Shown here piece by piece: positions 14,511 through 27,840 of a stretch of 64,000 nt of DNA. Position 1 is the first letter of the stretch. Each line of letters starts with the position of its first letter. A program made the position numbers and the translations under genes. Below the pieces are notes generated by a model. The model saw only the letters and a list, made by a program, of their open reading frames with translations. It had not been told where the DNA came from and searched no databases. Origin of the DNA: Isurus oxyrinchus (Eukaryota); the NCBI GenBank assembly GCA_026770705.1, contig JANJGN010000026.1, forward strand, positions 33,170,001 through 33,234,000, in the 5' to 3' direction.

Positions 14511-17500
14511 CCCTTTTGATATAAATTAAGAAAATGCCTTTTGCAGTGATTACTGATACAGGGTCTAGGGTAATATAAACTAAGACAGGGGCAAGTGCAG
14601 TGATTACTCATACAGGTCTAGATTGATATAAACTGAGGCAGGGCGAAGTGCAGTGTTTACTGATATAGGGTCTAGATTGATACAAACTGAGGCAGGGCAT
14701 AGTGCAGTGATCGCTGATACAGGACTGAGATGAATATAAATCAGGACAAGTGATGAGGCAGTGATTCCTGAAACAAGATGTAGAGCATATAAGCTGAGAC
14801 AGTGTCCATTGCTGTGAAAACTGTTACAGGGTCTATATCAATATGAGCTGAGATAGTGTCTAGTGTAGTGATTGCTGATACAAGGTCTGGATTAAGATAA
14901 ACTGAGACAAGGTCTAATACAGTGATTACTGATACAATGTCTAGATTAAAATAAACTGAGACAGGGTCAAGTGCAGTGATAACTGATAGAGGGTATAGGT
15001 TGATATAATCTGAGGCAGGCCATAGTACAGTGATTACTGATACAGGGTGTCAATCAATAAAAACTGAGACAGTGTCCATTGCAGTGATTACTGATGCAGC
15101 ATCTAGACCAATTTAACCTGAGGCAAGGTATAGTGCAGTGTTTACTGGTACACGATTAGCAATAATATAAACTGAGACAACGTCTAGTGCAGTGATTACT
15201 GATACAGGGCCTATATCAATTTACACTGAGATGGAGTCTAATGCACTGATTATTGATACAGGGTCAAAATTAATATAATTGAGACAGGGTCTTGTGCAGT
15301 GATTACTGATACAGGATCTAGATCAATATAAACAGAGAGAGTCAAGTGCAGAAATTATTAATATAGGGTCTCAATTGATATAAGCTGACACAGACCATTT
15401 AGCATTAATTACTGATACAGGGCCTAGATTAATATAAACTGAGAGAGAGTCTAGTGCAGTGATTACTGATACAGAGTCTTTAATAATATAAACTGAGTCA
15501 GTCTCTCATGCTGTCATTCCTGGAACAGGGTCTGGACTAATAAAAGCTGAGACGGGGCCCAGCGCAGTGATTACTGTTGAAGGGTCGAGGCTAATATGAA
15601 CGGAGGCAGAGCCAACTGCAGTGATTACTGATAAAGAGTTTAGATTAATATAAATTGATTCAGCACCTAGTGAAGTGATTTCTGACACAGGCTCTAGATT
15701 AGTATGAAGTGAGACAGGCTCTTCTGCAGCGATTATCGCTACCAGCTCTAGATTGATAAAAATTGAGGCAGGGCCAAGTGCAGTGATTACTGGTACAGGC
15801 TCTAGATTAATACAACTGATACAAGGTCTAGTGCAGTGATAACACATACAGGAGAGAGACCACTATAAACCAAGTTAAAGTGTAGTGCAGTGATTACTGA
15901 TACAGTGGCTAAATCAATATAAACTGAGACAGGGCCACGTACAGTGATTACTGATGCAGTGTCTAGGTTGATATAATCTGAGGCAGTCCATACTGCAGTA
16001 ATTACTGATACAGGATCTATATCAAAATAAGCTGAGTTAGGTCTAAAGCAGTTTACTGATACAGGGTCTTGATAAATATAAAAGGATAGAGGGTCTACCT
16101 CACTGATTACTGATACAGGGCCCAGACAAATATAAAATAAGACAGGGGCTAATGCAGTGATGACTGATACATGATTGAACTTAACATAAAATGAGACAGG
16201 GTCCATTGCAGTGATTATTGAAACCCGGTCTAAATTAATACAAAATTAAATAGGGTCTATTGCTATGGTTAATGATACAGGGTCTAGATCAATTTAAACT
16301 GAGACAGGGTCTAGTGCACTGATTACTGATACAGGGTCAAAATTAACATAAGTGAGATAGGGTCTAGTGTGGTGATTACTGATAGTGTCTAGATTAACAT
16401 AAACTGAGGCAGGTTCTAGTGCAGTAATTAGTGATACAAGGACTAGATTAATATAAACTGAGACAGGCTCTGGTACAGAGATAAATGATACAGGGTCATG
16501 ATCAACATTAACCGAGACAGGGTCTAGTGCACTGATTACTGATACAGGGTCTAGATTGATTTAAAAACAATAACTGAGGCAGGGTCTAGTGCAGTGATTA
16601 CTGATACAGGATCTAGATCAATGCAAACTGATACAGTGTCTATTGCAGTGATTACTGATACATGGTCTAGGTTGATATAAATGAGGCAGGGCCTACTGCC
16701 ATGATTACTGATACAAGATCTAGACTAATATAAACTGAGACAGGCTTGAGTGAAGAGATAACTAATACAGGACCTAGATCAATATTAACTGAGATAGGGT
16801 CTCGTGGACTGAATACTCATGCAGGGTTTAAGCTAATATGAACTGAGACAGGGCATTGTACAGTGATTACTGATAGTGGGCCTGTATAAATATAAACTAG
16901 AACAGGGCTAGTGCAGTGATTACTGATACAGGGTCTGGACTAATATAAACTGAGATGGGGCCCAAAGCAATGATTACTGATACAGGCTCTAAATTAATAT
17001 AAACTGAGGCAGGGCCTAGTGCAGTGATTACTAATACAGGGGCTAGATCAATATAAACTGAGATAGTGTCTTGTGCAGTTCTTACTTATACAGGGCCCAG
17101 ATAAATATAAGCCAGGACAGGGGCTAGTGCAGTGATTACTGATACAGGGGCTAAATCAATATAAACTGAGACAGGGCCTAGATCAATGATTATTATACAG
17201 GGTCTTGATTAATATAAAATGAAAGACGGTCTTCTGCAGTGATTACTGATACAGGGTCTAGATTGAAATAAACTAAGGCAGGCAATAGTGAAGTGGTTAC
17301 TGATTCAGGGCCCAGATAAATATACACTAGGACATGGGCTAGCGTGGTAATTACTGATACAGGGCCTAGATCAATGCAAACTGATACAGTGTCTATTGCA
17401 GTGATTACTGATACAGGGTCTAGATTAATATAAACTGAGACAGGCCCTAGTGCCGTATTTAATGATACAGGATCTAGACGAATATAAACTAAGACAGGCT

Positions 17501-19842
17501 CAAGTGAAGAGATAACTGATATAGAGCCTAGATCAATATTAACTGAGACAGGGCCTAATGCACCAATTACTGATATAAGGTCTAGATTAACATAAACTGA
17601 GAGAGGGCCTGGTGCAGTGATTGCTAACATAGGGCCTAGATTGATATAAACTGATATAGAGCATAGAGCAGTGATTACTGATAAAGGCTCTAGATTAATA
17701 GAAACTGAGACAGGGCCTGGTGCAGTGATTACTAAGACAGTGTGTTCATTAATATAAACTGAGACAGGCTCTATTTCAATGATTACTGATACAGGTCATG
17801 TCCAGTGCAGTGCTTACTGACACAGGGTCTAGATCAAAATAAACTGAGACAGTATCCAGTGAAATGATTCCTGATGCAGGATGTAGATGATAAAAACTGA
17901 GGCAGGGCATAGTGCAATGATTACTGATACAGGGTCTAGTTTAATATAGCCGAGACAGGGTCCAGTGCAATGATTACTGACACAAGATCTTGATTAATAT
18001 AAACTGATACAGGGCAAAGCACAGTGATTAACGATACAGGGTCTCGATTTATATAAACTGAGGCAGGGCATAGTGCAGCGATTACCAATACAGGGCCTAG
18101 ATTAATAGAGACTGAGACAGGGTAAAGTGCAATGATTACTGATACAGGGTCCAGATTTCTATAGACTGGGGCAGGTCATAGCGCAGTGAATACTGATTCA
18201 TACAAACTGGGACAGGATCTGGGGCAGTGATTACTGATACAGGGACTAGATAAAAATAAACTGACACTGTGTCCAGGGCGGTGATTACTGATACACGACC
18301 TGAACTAATATAAACTAAGACAGGGCCAAGTGCAGTGATTATTGATACATGGTCTTGACTAATACAAACTGAGATGGGGCCTAGTGCAGTGATTACTGAT
18401 GTAGGGTGTAGGTTAATATGAACTGAGAACTGAGACAGAGTATATTGCAGAGCTTACTGATGCATGGTGTGGACTACTATAAACTGAGTCTGGGTCTAGT
18501 GCGGAGAAATATGATGCAGCTGATGTCAATATTAACTGAAACAGGGTCCAGTGCAATGGTTACTGATAATGCACTTTGATTAATATAAACTGAAACTGTG
18601 TCCAGTGCAGTGATTAGTGACACAGGTTCTAGGTTAATGTAAACTGAGTCAGGGCCTAGTGCAGTGATTACCGATACAGGGTCTGGATTAATATAAACTG
18701 AGACAGGGTCTAGTGCAGTGTTTACTGATACAGGGTCTAGATTAATAGAAAATGAGACAGGGCCAAGTTCAGTGATTACTGATACAGGGTCTAGGTTAAG
18801 ATAACCAGGGACAGGGCCTCAGGCAGTGATTACTGATACAGGGCCTTCAGTAATATAAACTGAGACAGGTTCTATTGCAGAGATAACTGATACAGGGTCT
18901 AGAACAACATTAACTGAGACAGGGTCTAGTGCAGTGATTACTGATACAGTCTAGATTAAGGTAATCTGAGACAAGACCTAGAGCAGTGATTATTTATACA
19001 GGGTCTTGATTAATGTAAAACGAAAGAGGGTCTCCTGCAGTGATTAATGATACAGGGTCTAGTTTGAAATAAACTGAGGCAGGCCATTGTGCAGTAATTA
19101 CTGACACAGGATCTCGATTAATATAAACTGAGGTCGGGCCAAGCGCAGCGATTATCAATCCAGGGTCTAGATTAATAGAAACTGAGGCAAATGCAGTGAC
19201 TACTGATAAAGGGTCTAGATTTATATAAACTGGGGCAGGGCATAGCACAGTGAATACTGATACAGGGATGAGATTAATACAAACTGAGACAGGATCTGGG
19301 GTAATGATTACTGATACAGGGACCAGATCACAATAAACTGACACCATGTCAAGGGCGGTGATTACTAATAAATGGCCTGAACTAGTGTAAACTGAGACAG
19401 GGCCAAGTGCAGTGACTACTGATACAGGGTCTTGTCTAATACAAACTGAGACAGGTCCTCGTGCAGTGATTACCGATTCAGGGCCTAGATTAATATGAAC
19501 TGAGAACTGAGACAAAGTATATTGCAGAGATTACTGATGCATGATGTGGACTACTATAAACTGAATCTGGGTCTAGTGCAGAGAAATATGATGCAGGGCC
19601 GACGTCAACATTAACTGAGACAGGGTCCAGTGCAGATGTTACTGATACAGGGCCTTGATCAATATACACTGAGACAGTGTCCAGTGCAGTGATTAGAGAC
19701 TTAGGACCTAGATTAATATAAACGGAGTCAGGGCCTCATGCAGTCATTACTGATATAGGGTCTAGATTGATATAAACTGCAGGAGGGCATTGTGCAGTGA
19801 TTACAGAGACAGGGCCTGGATTAATATAAACTGAGACAGGGT

Positions 19843-20456
19843 CTAGGCACCTTACAGCCTTCCGGTCTGAATATTGAATTCAATAACTTTAGGTCGTGAG
19901 CTCCCTACCTATCCCCACCCCCTTTCTGCTTCCCCCTTTTTTTCCCTATAAATTTTATAGATTTTTCTTTTCCCACCTATTTCCATTATTTTTAAATATT
20001 TTAAAATCTTTTATGCTCCCCCCACCCCCACTAGAGCTGTACCTTGAGTGCCCTACCATCCATTCTTAATTAGCACATTCGTTTAGATAATATCACCAAC
20101 TTTAACTTTAACACCTATGTGTTCTTTTGTCCCATTGTCACTGACATCTTTTGATGATCTGCTTCTATCACTGCTTGTTTGTCTACACAAGCACCTCTGT
20201 CTCTCTCTCTCTCTCCACCACCACCCCACCCCCCCCCCCCCACCCCCCCCCCCCCCCCCCCCCCCCCCCCCACCTTAAACCAGCTTATATTTCAACTCTT
20301 TCCTGGACTCGAAATCAAGTTCTGTCGAAGGGTCATGAAGACTCGAAACGTCAACTCTTTTCTTCTCCGCCGATGCTGCCAGACCTGCTGAGTTTTTCCA
20401 GGTAATTCTGTTTTTGTTTTGGATTTCCAGCATCCGCAGTTTTGTTTTGTCTTTAT
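19843..20456 (+). mobile_element. 5'-truncated Penelope-like element inserted in the satellite
   Basis: Starts with LGTLQPSGLNIEFNNFRS* (GIY-YIG C-terminus); nearly identical to 58327-58920; flanked by tctag on both sides (19842-19846, 20458-20462). Confidence 0.9.
20318..20356 (+). ncRNA. Minimal type-I hammerhead ribozyme motif in Penelope-like terminal repeat
   Basis: agtt-CTGTCGA-a-gggtc-atgaa-gactc-GAAA-c-GTC-aact: stem I agtt/aact, core CUGnnGA, stem II, GAAA, palindromic ACGT stem III, GUC cleavage triplet. Confidence 0.7.
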
Positions 20457-23400
20457 CTCTAGTGCAGTGATGACTGATACAGTCTCGAGATTGATATAAA
20501 CTGAGGTAGTGCATTCTGCAGTGATTACTGACACTGGCTTTAGATTAAGATAGATATAAATCAATATAAATGGAGACAGTCTCTACTGCAGTGATTACTG
20601 ATACAGAGTCTAGATTGATATAACGGTAACAGGGTGTAGTATAGTGATTACTGATACAGGGCCAAGATTAATATAAGCTGAGACAGGATCTAGTGAGTTA
20701 TTACTGATAAAGGGACTATATTATTTTTTAATGAGAAAGGGTCTAGTCTCTGATTACTAATGCAGCATCTAGATTTTTATAAGCTGAGACAGGATCCAGT
20801 GCAGTGATTATTGACATAGGGCTTAGATTGATATAAACTGAGGCAGTGCATATTGCAGTGCTTACTGATACAAGGTTGAGATTAATAGAAACTGAGAAAG
20901 GGCCAAGTGCAGTGATTACTGATACAGGCTCTAGGTTAAGATAAACAGAGACAGGGCCTAAGGCAGTGATTACTGATACAGGGCCTTCACTAATAGAAAC
21001 TGAGACAGGTTCTATCGCAGAGATAACTGATACAGTGTCTAGATCAACATTAACTGATATGGGGCCTAGTGCAGTGATTACTGATACCAGCCTAGATTAA
21101 TATAAACTGAGACAGGGCCTAGAGCAGTGGTTAATTACACAGGGTCTTGATTAATATAAAATGAAAGAGGGTCTTCTGCAGTGATTAATGATACAGGGTC
21201 TAGGTTGAAATAAACTGAGGCAAGCCATTGTGCAGTGGTTACTGATGCAAGACCCATATAAATGTATACTAGAACATGGGCTAGTGCAGTGATTACTGAC
21301 ACAGGATCTAGATCAATATAAACTGACACAGTGTCCATTGCAGTGATTATTGATACAGGGTCTCAATCAATGCAAACTGATACATTGTCTATTGCAGTGA
21401 TTACTGATACATAGCCTTGATTAATGGAAACTGAGACAGGTTCCAGTGCCGTATTTAGTGATAGAGGATCTAGACTAATATAAACTGAGACAGGCTCAAG
21501 TTCAGAGATAACTGATGCAGGGCCTAGATAAATATTACCGGAGACAGGACCTACTACACTGATTATTTATCCAGAGCCTGGGTTAATATTAACTGAGACA
21601 GGGCCTAGTGCAGTGATTACTAATACAGAGTCTAGATTGATAAATATTGAGACAGAGCATAGTACAATGATTACTGATACAGCATCTAGATTAATAAAAA
21701 CTGAAAGAGGACCAGGTCCATTGATTACTGATACAGGGTCTCGAGATATTAACTGAGACAAGGTCTAGTGCAGTGATTACTGACACAGGATCTAGATTAA
21801 TATAATCTGATATAGGGCCAAGTGCAGCAATTACCGAAACAGGATCTGGATTAATAGAAACTGCAGCAGGGCATTGTACAATGATTACTGATACAGAGTC
21901 TAGATTAATAGAACCTGAGACAAAGTTCAGTGCTGTGTTTACTGATATATGGTCCTGATCAATATAAACTCAGACAATGACCAGTGGAGCGATGACTGAT
22001 ACAGGGTCTAAATTGATATAAACTGAGGCAGTACATAGTGCAGTGATTACTGATACAGGTCTAGGTTAGTATAACCTGGACAGGCTCTACTGCAGTGATT
22101 ACTGATATAGGGCCAAAATTAATATAAACTAACAGGATCTAGTGAGTTATTACTGATGAAGGGACTATATTAATTTTTAATGAGAAAGGGTCTAGTGCAC
22201 TCATTACTAATGCAACATCTAGATTTTTATCAGCTGAGACAGGATCCAATGCAGTGATTACTGATATAGTGTTTAGATTAATAGAAACTAATAAAAATAG
22301 AAAAGGGCCAAGTGCATTGATTACTGATACAGGCTCTAGGTTAAGATAAGCTGAGACAGGGTGTGGTGCAGTGATTACTGATCAATTATCTGGACTAATA
22401 TAAAGTGAGACAGGGCCAAGTGCAAGAATTATTTCATCAGTGGCGCCCATATCCCAAGAATGAATTAAAGTGATGCAAAATACTGTAGATTCTGGAAATC
22501 TAAAGCAAAACAAAACAAAAAACACACTTAGCAGGCCTGTGAGCATCAGTTCGGAGAGAAACAGATCAAATTTTCAGGTCGATGGCAGGTGCAAAATCTC
22601 CTTTGGTACCATCCTTGAGCGCAGAACTGTTCGCCCCACTATCCCAGACCAATATTCATTCTTCAATTAAAATCAAATATTATCTGGTCATTTTTCACAG
22701 CTCTATTTGTGGGATCTTGCTGTGTACAGATCACCCAATGCGTTTCCAACATTACAGCTGTGTATAAACTACTATAAAACTACGTTGACAAGTTTTAAGG
22801 GTCGTGAGCATCATTCTATAAATGCACATTATTTCTAAATGTTAACATTTTAAAATGATAGCTGCAATATGTTGAAAACCCAGAGATTAATATGATTGTA
22901 GGTCAGTCCTCTGGCTGCCGTTTTAACTTGTCCAATTTAAAGGGGTTAAATCTTCAATCAAATTGACATTCAATGGAATCCCAACCTGTTCAAAGATTGT
23001 GATAGTAGATCTTTTGGAATTAAATCCTTAATTTAAATGTATTTTTATTTATTTGAAATAAATAACATGTGTTCTTATGAATGTTAAAGAAGTTTCCATT
23101 CATTTTGTACCAACTGTCAATATTCTTAAAATAAAACCTTGTTTTGAGTTAAAACCAATCAATAAGTGTCTGTGTTTATCTGGTTTTGCTGCAATGAACA
23201 CTTCATTGAAACCAGTGAGGCGTTTATGTAAATAAACACAGAAATAGAAGTCCCAGATTAGATTCTGGAGAGACAAAAACACAACAAATATTTCCCCACC
23301 AACACAGAAATAGAGCCAAACATGCAAATACATCAACCGATTGCAGTAGCAATTTTTTTGGGCAATTTTTAAAATTAGTTATATGAGCATTATGTCACGA

Positions 23401-23594
23401 TGATATCTATGTTCAGAATTAAGATAGACTCCCACTTATCATGAAATATAATGGCATGGCAAATGTGTTTGTAGAGATTTCCTGTATCCTCTCCCTCTCT
23501 GTCTCTTTCTCTTATTTGGTTCTTTGTTTTGTCTCTCCACCATGGGTCACCAGTAGCGAGGATTTGATGCCGCAATGAAATGCCGAAGGATCTT

Positions 23595-23945
23595 TCCCTG
23601 TATCTAACCTGTGCTGTCTCGGCCTTTGGAGTATTTGATGTGACAGTGTAGACTGGGACAATTTCACTCTGAATCTAACCTGTGCTATACCTGCCTTACG
23701 AGTTTTCCATGTGGCAATGTAGAGGGAGCTTTATATTATTAATGTAGTCCCATGCTACACCTGACCTGGGAGTGTTTGATGGAGCCGCAGGCCCTGTCTC
23801 TGCATTACACTAGACCGTTTCTAACCGCATATAATCAGTGCTGGGAGTTTTTAATGCGGCAATGTAGAGGGAGCTTTAAATTCTGTGCCTCGCCCCATGC
23901 TGCACCTGCCCTGGGAGTGTTTGATGGGACTGTAGGCCCGGTGTC
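23595..23945. repeat. ~70-bp tandem repeat (about 4-5 degenerate copies)
   Basis: Unit like ctgtatctaacctgtgctgtacctgccctgggagtgtttgatgggacagtgtagagggagcttt; dispersed relatives near 39770-39870, 50045-50105 and 54095-54165. Confidence 0.75.
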
Positions 23946-24385
23946 AATATTGCACTCGACCGTGACCCTGCCCGTGTTAATATTACACTAGACCCCGTCT
24001 GTGTTTGCATTACACTAGACCCTGCCTTAGTTTATATCAAACTCATATGTTTCTGTTTATATTATACTCGACATATCTCTGTTTATATTATACTCGACAT
24101 GTCTCTGTTTATATTGCACTCGATGCTGTCTCTGTTTATAATACACTAGACGCTGCCTCTGTTTATATTACATTGGACCCTGCTTCTGTTTATATTACTC
24201 TAGATCCTGTTTTTGCTTCTATTAAACAAGGCCTTGTCTCTTTATATTACACTTGACATGTCTCTGTATATATTCATCTAGACCTGTCTCTGTATTGAAA
24301 TATGCATTGTCTCAGTTCTGCGCTAGATCATGTTTGCAGTAATTCTGTTAGAACTGGCCTCAGTTATTACTGCACTGCACAAGTC
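23945..24385. repeat. 27-bp satellite block, inverted relative to the main array
   Basis: Monomeric units such as tagaccctgtctctgtttatattacac. Confidence 0.85.
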
Positions 24386-24489
24386 CAATAATGTGGACAT
24401 TGGTTGGGATGGAAATGGTGATGATCAGACATCAAGATGGTGGGAACGTTAATGATGCAAAAAAATCTTTCGAAAACAATTATCATGGG

Positions 24490-25295
24490 TGCCTATTTAG
24501 ACGTCGTGACTTGCACTTTGTTGGAAGAATAGAGGCAAAGAGTATTTTCTAAATGGGAAGATAATTCAGAAATCTGGAGTGCAAAGGGACTTTGGAGTCC
24601 TAGTCCAGGATTCTCTTAAGGTTAACTTGCAGGTTGAGTCGGTAGTTAGGAAGGCAAATGCAATGTTGGAATTTATTTCGAGAGGACTAGAATATAAAAG
24701 CAGGGATGTGCTGCTGAGGCTTTATAAGCTCTGGTCAGACCACATTTAGAATATTGTGAGCAATTTTGGGCCCCGTATCTCAGGAAGGATGTGTTGGCCC
24801 TGGAGAGGGTCCAGAGGAGGTTCACGAGAATGATCCCAGGAATGAAAGGCTTAACATATGAGGAATGTTTGAGGACTCCAGGTCTATACGCGATGGAGTT
24901 TAGAAGGATGAGGGGGGATCTGATTGAAACTTACAGAATATTGAAAGACCTGGATAGAGTGGACGTGGGGAAGATGTTTCCTTTCATAGGAGAGACTAGG
25001 CACAGCCTCGGAGTAAAAGGAAGGCCTTTTAGAACAGAGTTGAGGAGAAACTTTTTTAGCCACAGAGTGGTGAATCTATGGAATTCATTGCCACAGAAGG
25101 CTGTGGAGGCCAGGTGATTGAGTGTTTTTGCGGCTGAGATAGATAGGTTTTTGATTGGTAAGGGGATCAAAGGTTACAGGGAAAAGGCGCGAGAATGGGG
25201 TTGAGAAACTTATCAGCCATGATTGAATGGTGGAGCAGATTCGATGGGCCGAATGGTCTAATTTCTGCTCCTATGTCTTATGGTCTTATGGTCTT
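24490..25295 (+). mobile_element. CR1-clade LINE 3' fragment
   Basis: ORF 24791..25117 LALERVQRRFTRMIPGMKGLTYEE...EFRRMRGDLIETY...RVVNLWNSLP; ends in a (tcttatgg)n tail. Confidence 0.92.
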
Positions 25296-25699
25296 GTTCT
25301 CCCGCATCCCAGATTTGTGTTCATAAGCCACAGATCTCTCTTATCTTGCAGCTGTTTAAATTAAAGCATTTAATGCCTATTTCCAGGGTCTACAGCAATA
25401 AAGCAAGGGGATGCACTAATATAACATAAATAGAGGACAATAACATAAATAACAGACAGGGTCTAGTGTTACAGAAACATGGACCAAAGCAGGAATAATG
25501 AGACAGGCACGGTGTAATATGAACAGAGACATGGTGGGGTGCAGCAATATTGACTCCAGATGACCTGAAGCCGCACAGCACCAGATAAGATAGGAGTGGA
25601 GATATCTCCTGGTCATTAACACCTATTGCCCTCCTTCAGCTGATAATTGCATTCAATCACAACCTGTAATCTCATGGACTAGAATATATCCCTCACTGA

Positions 25700-26120
25700 C
25701 TCCTTGGTGTGCACATCCACGGAGCCTGAAAGTAGCAGGACAAGTAGATGACATGGTTAAGAAGGCATATTGGACACATAAAATGCAGGAGCAAGGAGGT
25801 TATGCTGGAACTGTATAAAACGTTGGTTAGGCCAGAACTGGAGCACTGCATGCAGTTCTGGTCACCACATTATAAGAAGGATGTGAATACAGTGAAGAGA
25901 GTGCAAAGGAGATATACCAGAATGCTGCCGGGCTGGAGGGCCTGAGCCATGATGAAAGATTGGATAGGCTGGGGCTGTTTTCCTTGGAGCAACGAAGGCT
26001 GAGAGGGGACGTGATAGAGGCGTAAAAGATTATGAGGGGCATAGATAGAGTGGATAGGAAGGCACTTTTTGACCGGCGCGGAAACGGTGGGCCGAATGGC
26101 CTCCTTCTGTGTTGTAAACG
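25700..26120 (+). mobile_element. CR1-clade LINE fragment
   Basis: KEVMLELYKTLVRPELEHCMQFWSPHYKKDV...RVQRRYTRMLPG. Confidence 0.88.
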
Positions 26121-26944
26121 TCCATGAGTCCAACATTCAGCCCGGGGACAATGAGGAATGTAGAACAGCAGGTCAAAAACAACGCCTTCCATACCTGTGA
26201 CCTCCACCTCCCAGAATAACAAGGGCTACAAGCACATGGGAACACAATGCCCTGCATCCTCCGACACATACAATTCTATAGGGGAGAAATTGGCCTTGGA
26301 CGCTTGCAAAGAAGAAGCGATATCTGAAATCTAATTCTGCTGACTGCGCTGAAGGTGAATATCAAGTGCTGCGTAGCACGTACGGCCGTTACTATACCGC
26401 CTGTTTCAGGCTACTGTCAGATGCCGATGTCCAGGCCAAGATCTTTATTTTTAATATTATCTCTGCTTCTCATAGACACATGGGGTAATGCAGCTATAAT
26501 TTAAATGCAGGCATAGATTAAAGCAAAGCACAGCTGATGCTGGAAATCTCAATTAAAAACAAAAAATGCTGGAAATACGCAGCAGGTCTGACAGCATCTG
26601 TGGGGAGAAAAACCGAGCTAATGTTTCGAGTCCGTATGACTCTTCTTCAGAGGCATAGTCTAGTGCTATAGTTACAATGACCAGGTCTGGTATAAAATAG
26701 ACATAGTCAAAATCGAATATAATATAAACAGAGACAGGGTCTATTTTAATATAAACAGTGACAGGGCCTAATGTAACATAAATGGAGACAGGGTCCAGTG
26801 CAATGCAAACTGAGATGGCTTCCATTGGAACATTAAGGAGATAGGGTCTATTTTAATACAAACAGAGGCCTGATCCAGCATAATAGAAATAAAGCAGTTC
26901 CCAGGACATTAATAATCGAATCAGGATCCTGTATAACATGGGAG

Positions 26945-27840
26945 GGACGATCGTGCAGTGGGAACGTCACTTGGTTAGTAAGCAGAGATCCAGGCCTTTT
27001 CCCTGGGAATAGAGATTTGAATCCCATTATGGCAGCATGAAGAATCGAAATTCAATTAATAAATCTGGAATTGAAAGCTCATCTCAATAATGGTGACCAT
27101 GAAACTATAATTGATTATCATAAGCATCCAGTCTGTCAGCATCGGCGGAGATGAAAAGAGTTGACGTTTCGAGTCCTCATGACCCTTCAGCAGAACTGGG
27201 TAAATCCAAGGAGAAAGATGCAAAACTTTAGATCTTGATCTCCCTCCTCCATCCCCACCCTCTTTCTGTTTCTTCCCCCTTCCTTTTGTTTTTTCCAATA
27301 ATTTATATAGATTTTTCTTTTCCCACCTATTTCCATTATTTTTCCATCTTTTATGCCCCCCACTCCCACTAGAGCTATACCTTGAGTGCCCTACCATCCA
27401 TTCTTAATTAGCACATTCGTTTAGATAATATCACCAACTTTAACACCTATGTGTTCTTTTGTTCTTTTGTCTGTGACATCTTTTGATTATCTGCTCCTTT
27501 CACTGCTTGCTTGTCCCTACAACCGCACCACCTCCCTCCACTTCTCTCCCCCCACCCCCACCAGCCCCCCACCCCTCCCCATCCCACCTTAAACCAGCTT
27601 ATATTTCACCCCTCTCCTTGGATTCACCCAGTTCTGCTGAAGGGTCATGAGGACTCGAAACATCAACTCTTTTCATCTCCGCCGATGCTGCCAGACCTGC
27701 TGAGTTTTTCCAGATAATTCTGTTTTTGTTTTGGATTTCCATCATCCACAGTTTTTTGTTTTTATCATAAACATCCATCTGGTTCACCGATGCCCTTTAG
27801 AGAAGGAAATCTGCTGTCCTTACCAAGTCTAGCCTACATT
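26945..27840 (+). mobile_element. tRNA-derived SINE (HE1-like) split by a Penelope-like insertion
   Basis: The head 26945-27130 and continuation 27765-27840 match the uninterrupted SINE at 31757-32135 (aatctgg..ttgaaa, accatgaaacta, tcctttag..aaggaaatctg). Confidence 0.65.
27131..27763 (+). mobile_element. Non-coding Penelope-like element with inverted 5' terminal segment
   Basis: About 27131-27222 is the reverse complement of about 27605-27695; the body matches the 3' repeat of the 19843 and 58054 copies; flanked by ttatcataa(g/a)catcca direct repeats. Confidence 0.85.

Larger units (their letters stand above)
14541..22425. repeat. ~7.9 kb tandem satellite with 54-bp unit (dimer of two 27-bp subunits)
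   Basis: Consensus gtgcagtgattactgatacagggtcta + gattaatataaactgagacagggtcta; interrupted at 19843-20456. The 27-bp period explains the DPVSVITAL/GPVSVYINL minus-strand ORFs. Confidence 0.97.

Noticed and set aside
15506-21761. Repetitive PVSVITAL/PVSVYINL ORFs suggesting a 9-aa repeat protein
   Set aside because: By-product of a 27-bp period; frames break repeatedly by indels and stops across the array.
14541-22425. CRISPR-like regular repeat
   Set aside because: Head-to-tail satellite with no unique spacers, no cas genes, and vertebrate context.
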